Source: Alphaproteobacteria bacterium (GTDB lineage Bacteria; Pseudomonadota; Alphaproteobacteria; RF32; CAG-239). Taken from it: 64,000 bases of DNA. The notes beneath the pieces were generated by a model, which did no database searches, was not told the DNA's origin, and worked only from the letters and a program-made list of their open reading frames with translations. Location of the stretch: assembly GCA_017480745.1 (NCBI GenBank), contig JAFUSA010000005.1, positions 4,462 through 68,461 on the forward strand, given 5' to 3'. The translations under genes were made by a program, and so were the position numbers. Shown piece after piece: positions 1-9,900 of this stretch (positions are counted from its first letter, which is position 1; the number at the start of each line of letters is the position of its first letter).

Positions 1-123
1 CATTAGCCGATGGTTTGCGCACATATGATATTAGCAAATATCGCTATTTATTATATATTCCTTATTGACAAAATTTTAAAAATTGCTAAACTATCATATA
101 TCTAGAACTAAGAGTGTAAAGAC

Positions 124-927
124 ATGGACAAAGTATCTATAATTTTACCTGTATACAACTGTGAAAGCTACGTTTGTCAAACCATAGAATCTGTGCTTAA
201 TCAGGATTATAAAAACTGGGAATTGATTATTATGGATGATGGTTCAACAGATAAATCATTAGATAAAGTGTTTGAGTATGCTCAAAAAGATTCTCGCATT
301 AATGTCTATTCTTCTCCAATTAACAAAGGTGTCGGACCGGCGCGTAATGCCGCAATAAAATATGCTAAAGGAAGATATTTAGCTTTTATTGATGCTGACG
401 ATTTATGGGCAAAAAATAAGTTATCCAGCCAAATTTTCTTTATGAAAAAACATAATGCCGGATTGTCACACACTGCATTTGCCTGCTTAACCGAAGATGG
501 TCATATTCGTCGCAACGGACAAGTTAATGTTGATGAATGCATAGATATAAAACGCTATATGAAAACTTCACAAATAGGTATGTCAACCGTAATGATTGAT
601 CGTAAAAAAATTAAAGATGTTCATTTTCCGAATGACAGAAAACTTTGTGAAGACGCACGGTTATGGATGCATTATTTGCGTCGTGGTGAAAAATTTTATG
701 GATTAAATAAAATTTTGTTGCTATACCGAATTCGTCAAAATCAACTTAGCCGCCATAAACATAAAATGGCATGGTTAGCCTTCAAGAGATTTATGAGTGA
801 ACCTTGTCTTTCGCCGATAGAAAAAATTTCTTGCTATGCGGCTTATGCTAAAAATGCCATAAAAAAATATAAAAGAAAATGCAATATTGATATGTCTTAC
901 ATTAAAGATCAGTTTAACTGCAAGTAA
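124..927 (+). CDS. Family 2 glycosyltransferase
   Basis: 267 aa ORF. N-terminus SIILPVYNCESYVCQTIESVLNQDY..IIMDDGSTD plus a later DADD motif are typical of GT-A fold GT2 enzymes. TTGACA at 65-70 lies upstream. Confidence 0.85.
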   Translation: MDKVSIILPVYNCESYVCQTIESVLNQDYKNWELIIMDDGSTDKSLDKVFEYAQKDSRINVYSSPINKGVGPARNAAIKYAKGRYLAFIDADDLWAKNKLSSQIFFMKKHNAGLSHTAFACLTEDGHIRRNGQVNVDECIDIKRYMKTSQIGMSTVMIDRKKIKDVHFPNDRKLCEDARLWMHYLRRGEKFYGLNKILLLYRIRQNQLSRHKHKMAWLAFKRFMSEPCLSPIEKISCYAAYAKNAIKKYKRKCNIDMSYIKDQFNCK

Positions 928-1037
928 ACGCAGAATAAAGTAAATTTACCGAAAACTTTATATATACATTACTTTTATTGCGCCTGCCATTCAAATTTGA
1001 TCTGATATAGAGAACTACATCGTCTGATAGTTTCCTT

Positions 1038-1181
1038 CACCAATACAAACGGCAGGTATAAAAACCGCCGTTTTTTCTTTTTAAATCAATCACTTATATG
1101 AGTTCAGATGTTGTATTTTTGAAAATGCGCGTTTTGGGAAATTTTACGAACTGGTTGAGGTATAAATGCCATAAAATCAAA
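1038..1181 (+). repeat. Intergenic repeat, copy A: CACCAATA box, hairpin plus T-run, then GAAAATGCGCGTTTTGGGAAATTTTACGAAC core
   Basis: Aligned by eye with 1719-1973 and 2577-2717. Shared blocks are caccaata, a stem-loop followed by ttttttctttttaaatcaa, and the core gaaaat(g/a)(c/g)(g/c)(c/t)gttttgggaaattttacgaac (1121-1151). Confidence 0.7.
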
Positions 1182-1299
1182 CCGTTATAAAAAAATTCCG
1201 TTTTTTGTAAAAAATACTTGACAAAAAATCAGAATAGAGATAAAATGAAGCTACAAAAGACATTTATTTATATTAAATAACCAAACAAGGAAAATTGTG

Positions 1300-1713
1300 A
1301 TGAGCGTGCAAGAGAAAATCGCCAAGATAAAAGATAAAGCAGCCAAACTAGCTGTTAAAGCGGCTGCAGTGGCAACCATGATGACCGGTGCAGGTGTTGC
1401 CGGCAGTTGTGCTGAAAATTGCGCTAATACTGATGAAACCAAAGACAAAATTGAGAATACGGAAAAGACTTCTGTTGTTTTCAGATCTACTCACAATAGC
1501 TATAGACTTTTCACTGATTCCAATATCTTAACGGAAGATGGCGATGAGCTTTGTGTTGATGATAAAGACCGTTTTCTTGAGCCGGGCGATACGATAACTT
1601 ATGAAACAGGTCGTTCAGGTATTACCAAGGTTAAAGCCGTCAGATATAAAAACGGAAATAAAAACGTTAATTTCGGCAAAATCGGTAAAATCGGAAAAGA
1701 TATAACAGACTAA
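1300..1713 (+). CDS. Hypothetical protein with N-terminal Ala-rich hydrophobic segment
   Basis: ORF 1297-1713. ATG at 1300 follows AAGGA at 1287-1291. TTGACA (1218-1223), 17 nt, then TAAAAT (1241-1246) lies upstream. I recognise no family. Confidence 0.45.
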   Translation: MSVQEKIAKIKDKAAKLAVKAAAVATMMTGAGVAGSCAENCANTDETKDKIENTEKTSVVFRSTHNSYRLFTDSNILTEDGDELCVDDKDRFLEPGDTITYETGRSGITKVKAVRYKNGNKNVNFGKIGKIGKDITD

Positions 1714-1718
1714 TTTGC

Positions 1719-1973
1719 AAACTGCAAAGTAAGTATTACCAATAAGAAGCATCCTTTATGGGTGCTTTTTTTATTGGTGATACGAAGTCTACTTAATGAG
1801 CCAAAGCGGAAGCAGAGGCGAATTTAGTAAACAAGTGACCGAAGCTTAAATTTTCCGCTGCAAAATCATAAAATTAAATTTAAGCAGGACAAGTCCCGTT
1901 ATGTTTTCAAAAATGCGCATTTTGGGAAATTTTACGAACCAATTGTGGTAAGAATATCATAAAATCAAATGAT
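1719..1973 (+). repeat. Intergenic repeat, copy B (split by ~130 bp of extra sequence)
   Basis: The 5' part, aaactgcaaagtaagtattaccaata plus hairpin and T-run (1719-1770), matches copy C. The core aaaatgcgcattttgggaaattttacgaacc (1910-1941) contains the perfect 14-bp palindrome AAAATGCGCATTTT. Confidence 0.65.
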
Positions 1974-2067
1974 TAGCTGATTATAATTGGCTAAAATTGT
2001 GAGTTATTAGTTTATCTGATATTGATTTTTTGTTGATTTTAGTGTGTAATCTTTTCAGAGGTATAAA

Positions 2068-2571
2068 ATGAAAATCATAAATATCAATGGTCCGATAAAT
2101 TCCGGTAAAACGACAATATCCAAATTGCTCAAAGAAAAATTATCTCAAAGTCTTTTTGTTGAGGTAGACGAGCTTCTTTTGGATGATGAACAGGAAAAGT
2201 TAAAATTAACTCGAGAACAAGGTTGGGAGGAAAGATTAAAAAGGCTTGATGAAGTTATCACTCGAGAGAAAAAATTACAACGCTATGATAATATTATTTT
2301 TGCATATCCGATGACCGATAAAACTTATCATCAATGGAGGTTATGGGAAGATGATAATACGAAATTTATCAATATTTCTTTAGCTCCGAATATTGACATT
2401 TGTTTGCAAAATCGCGGAACTCGAGAATTGCGTGAAAATGAAAAAACAAGAATAAAGCAAATGTATCAAGAAGGTTATCATTGTTCAAAATTTGCAGATT
2501 TAATTATTGATAACAGTATACAAACTCCTCAAGAAACTTTGCAAAAAATTTTAGTTTTTTTAAGAAAATAG
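2068..2571 (+). CDS. P-loop NTPase / small-molecule kinase-like protein
   Basis: 167 aa. Walker A GPINSGKTT at the N-terminus. Size and layout resemble AAA_33 or shikimate-kinase-like small kinases. GAGG RBS at 2057-2060. Confidence 0.5.
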   Translation: MKIININGPINSGKTTISKLLKEKLSQSLFVEVDELLLDDEQEKLKLTREQGWEERLKRLDEVITREKKLQRYDNIIFAYPMTDKTYHQWRLWEDDNTKFINISLAPNIDICLQNRGTRELRENEKTRIKQMYQEGYHCSKFADLIIDNSIQTPQETLQKILVFLRK

Positions 2572-2576
2572 CTCGT

Positions 2577-2717
2577 AAACTGCGAGGTAAGCATCACCAA
2601 TACAGGCTCTAAATTGCCTGTTTTTTCTTTTTAAATCAAGCATTTAAACGAGTTCGGATGTTTGTTTTTTGAAAATAGCTGTTTTGGGAAATTTTACGAA
2701 CCGATTGTGATAAAATT
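2577..2717 (+). repeat. Intergenic repeat, copy C
   Basis: aaactgcgaggtaagcatcaccaata, then hairpin CAGGC..GCCTG plus ttttttctttttaaatcaa, then core gaaaatagctgttttgggaaattttacgaacc (2671-2702). It starts 6 nt after the stop of the preceding gene. Confidence 0.7.
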
Positions 2718-2931
2718 ATTCATGTTCTTCAAATAATAATTAATTTTAGTATATTATTCTATAAAATCAGCTTGCATCTTAAAAATTGTTTAAATCAGAA
2801 CTTTACATAATGAATAAACAAAACACCACACAAAAGAATACTAACCCCTAATTTGAGAGAGCTTTTTTGTTTTAATTATTTGTTAATGGAGAATAAGATA
2901 TACTGAATGGAAGATTCAAAACAGATAAAAG

Positions 2932-3795
2932 GTGCTTATTGATTTGAAAAAAAATCTTAAAGTATGTGTTTGCTATCATCGACCGGCATTTGTTTTTGAA
3001 GAAGAGTGTTTTGTGCCAATGTGGTCAGGAAAAGATGTTGCTCATGAAATTTCCAAAGAAGGTAGTGCACTTTCAGAAGAACAAATTGATTGGATGGAAA
3101 AGCATTGTGTTGGAGATAATACCGGAGATAACATATCCAAAGAGAATCGTAAATATTCAGAAATAACTGTTTTATATTGGGTTTGGAAAAATTATGCTAA
3201 ACTTGGCAATCCGAAATATATAGGTTTTATGCAATACAGACGGCATTTTTTGTTAGATTGTAATAGTTTCAATGGTATAGAAGCTGATCACTTTAATCAG
3301 GTTTATATTGATAAAATTCCAGATGATTATGCTAAAAATATAGGTCTTACAGAAAAAAATATTTTAAATATTTTAGAAAATTATGACGGTATTGTTGCCT
3401 GTAACGATACAAAACAAAGTATCAGAAATTATAATGAAACGCATTGTTCACAAGATATTAAATATTATAACAAAACGTTGGAAATTATTGATAATGATTG
3501 GCCAGATATATCTTTTGCCGCACATCATTATGAAAAAGAGACGTATCACTCTTGGTCGCAATGCTTTGTAATTCAAAAAGAGCATTTTTTTGAATATTGC
3601 GAATTTTTGTTTGATGTTTTGAAAAAACTTGATGTTTTCTGCAAAGATGATTATCAAAAATTAAGTGTTGAGCAACAAAGAATTTTAGGATATGCGGCTG
3701 AAAATCTTTGGGGTATTTATTGGAGATATTTAACTGATAAAGGATTAAAATTTAAATGTGTTCCATTGATTTTTAACAAAAATCCTTTTATTTGA
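2932..3795 (+). CDS. DUF4422-like putative polysaccharide glycosyltransferase
   Basis: 287 aa, GTG start. The overall pattern (VCYHRP.., YSEITVLYWVWKN, FMQYRRHF, ILGYAAENLWGIYW) resembles, from memory, DUF4422 exopolysaccharide biosynthesis proteins. Confidence 0.5.
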   Translation: MLIDLKKNLKVCVCYHRPAFVFEEECFVPMWSGKDVAHEISKEGSALSEEQIDWMEKHCVGDNTGDNISKENRKYSEITVLYWVWKNYAKLGNPKYIGFMQYRRHFLLDCNSFNGIEADHFNQVYIDKIPDDYAKNIGLTEKNILNILENYDGIVACNDTKQSIRNYNETHCSQDIKYYNKTLEIIDNDWPDISFAAHHYEKETYHSWSQCFVIQKEHFFEYCEFLFDVLKKLDVFCKDDYQKLSVEQQRILGYAAENLWGIYWRYLTDKGLKFKCVPLIFNKNPFI

Positions 3796-3903
3796 TGCTA
3801 AGCATATAATAAAATTACTGTGTATTTGCCTATACATTCATTTGCGTTTTTACAAATAATTGATATAATAAATGTATGTAATCAGTTAGAGAGGAGATAA
3901 TCC

Positions 3904-4401
3904 GTGAATAAACTGTTTTTGAGCGCATTTTTACTTATGTTTTCATCTGTTTGCTTTGCCGAAAACTTTCATTGGGTTGATGAAAGCGGGAATGAAGTGT
4001 CGGATCAAGAGGTGGCTGATTTTATAGGTAATAATTTTATGAACGGCGCTAAGGAACAAGCAAAAGAAAATTTGCCCATATACGAGAAACTTAAAAATTG
4101 TTTGCCCGCAAAAGGTAATTATATTCAGGTTCTCGGGCTAAAAGACAGTTTGTGCCATTTTAAGTTTGTGGATTATGACTGTTATTTTCCACAAGAAGTT
4201 GCTCAAAAATATGCCGAACTTGGCATAAAATCAGTCCATGAAATATTAAATGGAAATTTTAGCACGGAAACAGATGAAGCCGTAAAAATGAAGCAAATTA
4301 TCTCAAATAAGGACTATTGTTATTATAATATGACATGGTCTGTTACAATGGAAGATGAAAACGGCGATGAAGTTCCTGTTGAAGGAATAATTATTGAATA
4401 A
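3904..4401 (+). CDS. Secreted hypothetical protein
   Basis: 165 aa. GTG start 7 nt after GAGGAG. Signal-peptide-like N-terminus MNKLFLSAFLLMFSSVCFA. Confidence 0.5.
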   Translation: MNKLFLSAFLLMFSSVCFAENFHWVDESGNEVSDQEVADFIGNNFMNGAKEQAKENLPIYEKLKNCLPAKGNYIQVLGLKDSLCHFKFVDYDCYFPQEVAQKYAELGIKSVHEILNGNFSTETDEAVKMKQIISNKDYCYYNMTWSVTMEDENGDEVPVEGIIIE

Positions 4402-4502
4402 AAAATAATCTATCAACACAATTATACTGCATAACACAAAATTATGTTTACTTTTATGAATAATTACATATAATCCTCTCGATTTTGATAAGGAGTCTTT
4501 AT

Positions 4503-5873
4503 ATGTATTACAGTCTATCCGAAATTTTTGCCATAGGTATAGGTCCATCCAGTTCACACACTGTGGGTCCGATGAAAGCCGCCAAACGTTTTGTTGATGG
4601 TTTGCAAAACAAAATATCGTTGGTGGAAAATATAAAAATATATCTATACGGTTCTTTGGCTTTAACGGGAATCGGGCACGGAACACCAAACGCCGTTGTT
4701 TATGGGCTTTTAGGTTTTGAAGCGGATAAAATAGATATAACGCAAAACTATATTCAACGCATAAATAATGAAAAATCTTTATTGTTAGGTGGCAAAAAAA
4801 ATATTCCGTTTGATTTTAATACAAACTTTGTTTTAGAAAAGACTATCTTTCTCAAAGAACATTCAAACGGTATGAAATTTGTCGCCTTAGACGGCAATAA
4901 CAATATTATTGCCGAGGAAACTTATTTTTCCATTGGAGGTGGAACCATACTCCGACAAGATGAATTTGCACATCAGGAAGAACGCAAACCACTCAATGTT
5001 CCGTATCAGTTTTCAAGTTTTGCCGAATTGAAGAACATTTGCGAACATAATAATTTATCAATAAGTGATGTAGTTTTAGCCAACGAACGTGCACTGCATT
5101 CTGATGATGAAATTAAGGCTTACTGCAACAAAATAGCGCAGATTATGCAGCAAAACATTAATGACGGAGTGAGTAAAAAAGGCATTTTACCGGGGGTAAT
5201 TAAATTACGTCGCCGAGCACCGGAAATGTATGAAAATTTACAACAACGCTTTGAAAACAATGTTGATGATGCGTTATATGTATTGGATTGGGTAAACTTG
5301 TGGGCTTTTGCCGTTGCAGAAGAAAACGCTTCCGGCAGTAAAATAATTACGGCTCCGACCATGGGCTCGGCTGGTATTATGCCGGCAGTTATGCGCTATT
5401 ATCAAAGATTTGTGCATAAAAAAGCTTATTATGATGAACAAGCAGATATTGTTTATTTAACCACAGCAGCCGCCATTTGCTCTTTATATCGAACAAACGC
5501 TTCAATTTCCGGCGCTGAGGTTGGCTGTCAGGGCGAAGTAGGAGTAGCTTGTTCAATGGCTGCGGCCGGTTTATGCGCAGTTATGGGAGGCAATATTAAC
5601 CAAATTGAAAACGCGGCGGAAATCGCCATGGAACACAATTTGGGGCTTACTTGCGATCCGGTTAAAGGATTAGTGCAAATCCCGTGTATTGAGCGTAATG
5701 CTATGGCAGCCATCAAAGCCGTTAACGCCAGTCGCTTGGCTTATCGAGGATCCGGAGAGCATAAAGTTAGCTTGGACAGCATTATTAAAACAATGTATGA
5801 AACCGGTTTAAGCTTGCAAAGTGCCTATAAGGAGACTTCTTTGGGCGGTTTAGCCACTAATGTTTTATGCTGA
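4503..5873 (+). CDS. sdaA: L-serine dehydratase (single-chain, iron-sulfur dependent)
   Basis: GIGPSSSHTVGPMKAA near the N-terminus and full-length collinearity with SdaA-type enzymes. I prefer the ATG at 4503 (AAGGAG at 4490-4495) over the upstream TTG at 4485. Confidence 0.9.
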   Translation: MYYSLSEIFAIGIGPSSSHTVGPMKAAKRFVDGLQNKISLVENIKIYLYGSLALTGIGHGTPNAVVYGLLGFEADKIDITQNYIQRINNEKSLLLGGKKNIPFDFNTNFVLEKTIFLKEHSNGMKFVALDGNNNIIAEETYFSIGGGTILRQDEFAHQEERKPLNVPYQFSSFAELKNICEHNNLSISDVVLANERALHSDDEIKAYCNKIAQIMQQNINDGVSKKGILPGVIKLRRRAPEMYENLQQRFENNVDDALYVLDWVNLWAFAVAEENASGSKIITAPTMGSAGIMPAVMRYYQRFVHKKAYYDEQADIVYLTTAAAICSLYRTNASISGAEVGCQGEVGVACSMAAAGLCAVMGGNINQIENAAEIAMEHNLGLTCDPVKGLVQIPCIERNAMAAIKAVNASRLAYRGSGEHKVSLDSIIKTMYETGLSLQSAYKETSLGGLATNVLC

Positions 5874-5976
5874 TTCAATTATCTGATATATGCCGCAAAA
5901 TAATTTTGACTACCTACAAAACTGCCGACGCCATTACAAGCATCGGCAGTGCGCTTGATTATTTTGCAAAAATAGT

Positions 5977-6242
5977 TTGACTTTTGCATTTTTTATGATA
6001 TAGTGAGGGAAGAACTTCGGTTCGGAGCTTTGACAAGCTCTTGCTAAGTTAGGTGTTTTAGGACACCGTAGTAAAGATATAATGAATATCTCCGATGTGG
6101 TCGGGGAGCCTGTGATGGATGTTCAGGGCTTCTGCCTAAAGATTACAGGAATCGTTTAACTTAGCATGATTTGTCAACTCTCCGATCGCCGTTTGGCGGT
6201 CTGTTTTTTTTAATAAACAACTTTAACAGAGGAGATAAAATT
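5977..6242 (+). promoter_or_regulatory. Promoter plus type B structured leader of pilin-like gene P1
   Basis: TTGACT (5977-5982), 16 nt, then TGaTATAGT (5996-6004). The leader has GAAC-UUCG-GUUC (6012-6023). A long-range pairing joins GCUAAGUUA (6043-6051) to UAACUUAGC (6157-6165). The box GUCAACUCUCC (6173-6183) precedes the hairpin GAUCGCC-GUUU-GGCGGUC (6184-6201), which is followed by a T8 run. Confidence 0.7.
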
Positions 6243-6893
6243 ATGAAAAATTTTGAAATTAAAAATGAGTCCGGCAGAAGTATGATAGAAATGTTAGGCG
6301 TGCTTGCCATCATTGGTGTTTTGAGTGTTGGCGGAATCGCCGGATACAGCAAGGCGATGACTAAATATAGAATCAACAAAACCATTGAACAAATAACTCT
6401 TATTGCCGGTAATGTGCGTGCGTTCTTTGCTCCGCAACACAATTATGATGGACTTGACAGCTGCTCTGATGATAACTCTTATTGCAAATTAATCAGAAAA
6501 GCCAAACTAATACCGGATGAAATGTGGGATGATACTTATAAAAGATTTAAAAATGTGTTTGGGTATAGGGTTGATTTAATGACGAAAAATAGGTCTACTG
6601 ATGGCGACAAGCAGGCATTTGATATTTATTACTCTATAGGAGATAATATGGAAACCTGTATAGAATTGTTAAGTTACGACTGGCGTATGTCTGGTGCGCA
6701 AGCTATTCAAATCGGTGGTCCCGCGGGGGCTGTTAATTTTAAACTTCCCGTTGCCGTAGATAAAGCTGTTGAGGCATGTTCGGAAACTATCAGTAAAAAC
6801 CGGATGTATGGAGGATCCTTTCCTGATATGCTTTTTTTCTTTGATATAAATTTAAACAGCACATATTGGAGTTCTTTGACTTGGGCAAATTAG
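6243..6893 (+). CDS. Type IV pilin-like protein P1 (class III signal peptide)
   Basis: MKNFEIKNESG|RSMIEMLGVLAIIGVLSVGGIAGYSKAM. Gly at -1, Glu at +5, then a hydrophobic helix. ATG at 6243 follows GAGGAGA. The ORF-track extension to 6171 runs through the leader RNA. Confidence 0.85.
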   Translation: MKNFEIKNESGRSMIEMLGVLAIIGVLSVGGIAGYSKAMTKYRINKTIEQITLIAGNVRAFFAPQHNYDGLDSCSDDNSYCKLIRKAKLIPDEMWDDTYKRFKNVFGYRVDLMTKNRSTDGDKQAFDIYYSIGDNMETCIELLSYDWRMSGAQAIQIGGPAGAVNFKLPVAVDKAVEACSETISKNRMYGGSFPDMLFFFDINLNSTYWSSLTWAN

Positions 6894-6954
6894 TCTGCTT
6901 ACCAATCTGCCGGCGCCCTCACAAGCGCCGGCAGGAGGATGATTCGGCTTTGCG

Positions 6955-9900
6955 TTAAGCAACCTTCATCAAACGGGTTTCGTTAGTCCAAAGAATATAC
7001 GATTCGACTCGCCATTCCTGATATATCTGTTTTATTAACTCGGCATAAAGCATTAATTGCGTTTTATACGCCGGCGGAGTATGTTCCAAATCAGCTGCTG
7101 CTTCGCGATTAGTTTTAAAATCCACAATTATTACCCGATGTTCCTCCGGCAAAGTTATCAAACGGTCAATTTGCGCAGAAATTATTTTATCCCCTACTCT
7201 ACCGATAATCGGAACTTCGGCTTGAGAATGTTCGCCGAACAGCCAGTCAAAGTGCACACTGTTGATTAAATTAAGCACTTCGTGTTTAATTTCCGCCTGT
7301 TTATTCGCACTAAAATCCCCGGCATTGCGATGCAGATATTCATCAATCAAGGCCTGATAATCATTTGCTTGTGGCGGCAAAAATTGCAACAACTTATGAA
7401 TAAGTGTGCCGCGCCGATAATAAACTGCATCATCTTTGAGTGGAGAAGCTGAATCCACGTCGTCTTCATCAACCAATTTTGATGGTGTGTATGGCTTTCC
7501 TAAACCGTTTTCATTTTCGGCTTCAACAAACATCCAATTTTCAAAATCAGCCTGTTCTTCGGCAGAAGAATTGTTTTTATCTTGTTTTTTCGGTAAAATA
7601 TCCGGTGTTTCATATACTAATCCGATGTTTTCTTCGGCAACGCCAAAATCCTTAAAGCCGTTATAACACAGTGAATACCACGAATTTTCATCTATATCAT
7701 TGCTATTGCTGTATCCGCAAACAATTAAAGTATCTTCGGCACGTGTTAACGCCACATAAAGCAACCGTCGATATTCTTCCAATTCTGCTTCTTTTATTTT
7801 TTGCAAAATATTTTCGCAACAGTCTTCATAACTATCCCCACACAACGGATAATATGCTAAATCGTTGTCTGTTAAAAACGCTTGCTTATGTTGCGGTTTA
7901 TGATATGAAACAGTATCAGGCAAAAATACCACAGGCGCTTGTAATCCTTTGGAATGGTGAGCGGTCATCAACCGAACAGCATCGTTGTCCGCATCCTCTC
8001 CTTCACGTTTTATTTCCACATCACTTTGCCCCATCCAAGCCAAAAAACCTTGCATATTGGGAATTTGCGTTTGCTCATAAATTAAAGCTTGATTCATAAA
8101 TTCATCCAACGCATCTTCAACCTCAACTCCCATACGGGCAATAAACTTTTTGCGTCCGTCTTGCTCTCGCAAAACACGAGTATATAATTCGTATGGACGA
8201 ATATAATCTAAATCATCAAACAAATCTTTTAGCTGTTTTGTAACGTTATTTTCGTATTTTTTCGTCTCTTGTAAACATGTCCAAAGTAATTTATTGCCGC
8301 GCCCGAAGCATAAGTCTTCCAATTCGGCATCGGTTAATCCAAACAAAGGAGATTTAAGCACCTCAGCCAAAGATAAATCATCTTGTGGCAATAATAAAAA
8401 CTTGCCCAAAGATAGTAAATCTTGCACAACAATTTGCTTTGATAAAACAATAACATCAGCACCGGCAATGTTAACATTTTCTTTTTTGCAAGCACGAATA
8501 AAATCTGTTACAAAATCATTTCGTTTACGCACCAAAATCATAAAATCACGATAGTGCAATGGATGTGCGGTATGAGCACTTTTATCAACCATTGTGCGGA
8601 TTGTGGCGGCCATTTTTTGGGCCAACTTCGTGCGCACAGATACACGTTGCGTCATTTCCATAGGAGGCAACCACTCTTTATCATTTACAACTTTATCATC
8701 TTTTTGTGCAACCATCAGAGGCCAAATTTCCACCCGTCCAAACTGACCGGCACGCACCGGAACATGGTTAACTTTTTCGCCGGCAGAAACTACTCCGTCA
8801 GCAACATTATTTTTGGCAAACAGATGATTCACCGTTTCCAAAACCGCCGGTGCCGAACGAAATGAATTATGTAAATTCACACGAGCAAATTTATCTTTGG
8901 CCTTAGTGGCAAAATAAGATGCCATTTCATCAAATTTATGCGGATCCGCTCCTTGAAAACTATAAATAGATTGTTTGCGATCTCCCACCACAAAAATGGT
9001 GCGATCTTGTTCCTTTTGTCCGTCACCGGCAAAAAATTCCTCGCTCAAGCTCTTAACTATTTGCCACTGTTCGGGCGATGTATCTTGCGCCTCATCAACC
9101 AAAATATGGTTAATTCCCCCGTCTAATTTAAACAAAACCCACGAAGATGTTGCTGAATCTGACAACAAATCAACGGTCAAACGAATTAAATCACTATAAT
9201 CAAGTTTGGCGCTTTTCTGCTTATACTCTTCGAACCGGTTGTTAAGCTCCTGTGCGATGGTAAAAAAAGCTTTTGTAGAATTATATAAATTTAAATTTAT
9301 CAGTGTTCTTTCCAATTCTAAAACATCTTCGGCATCTTTAATTAAATTTTCCAAAGTCTGCGGATTTTTTTCGGCATTTTTTTTGGTAATCAAAGAGCTG
9401 TCAGCCCGACGTTCCCCTTCTTTTGTTAAAAACAAGTTGCGGTATTCTTCATAAGTTTCGCCTCGCAAACCGTGAGATAAAACCTCTTCCATTGCTTTCA
9501 TTTTTTTCTGATCATTTGTTGAACCACCGGATAGCACTTCCATATATTGTGCTAATTTATGCGCACTTACCTTTTGCATAAAATCGGCTTTTAAATCCTC
9601 GGCAGTATATATTGGATTAACACTTAATTTTTTTTGCAAATCTTGTAAAAAATTATCAATCCCGTTATGCTTAACCAAAATCTCGGCAATTTTGTAACGA
9701 TTTTTCGTTACGTCTTCAATCATATTTTCAAAAGGTTCTTCCTTCATCTCCCTCGTCAAATATCTTATAGCATCACCAACGGGGGCGCTATTATGCTTAC
9801 TCAGTAAATTTGTTTGAATACTCTCCAAAATATCAGACGATTCACGATCATTCATAATTTCAAAATAAGGAGAAATACCTGCTTCAAGAGGAAAACGTTT

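Noticed and set aside
1038-2717. Integron gene cassettes with attC sites
   Set aside because: I could not find the RYYYAAC / GTTRRRY core sites at the element ends. No integron integrase or attI is in the window. The elements contain ordinary terminators, and downstream genes have their own promoters.
6171-6242. N-terminal extensions of the pilin-like ORFs given by the ORF track (6171-6242; 26220-26291)
   Set aside because: The extensions run through the terminator-like hairpin and SD of the leader, have no RBS of their own and are not conserved between copies. All copies share an ATG 6-7 nt after a strong SD.
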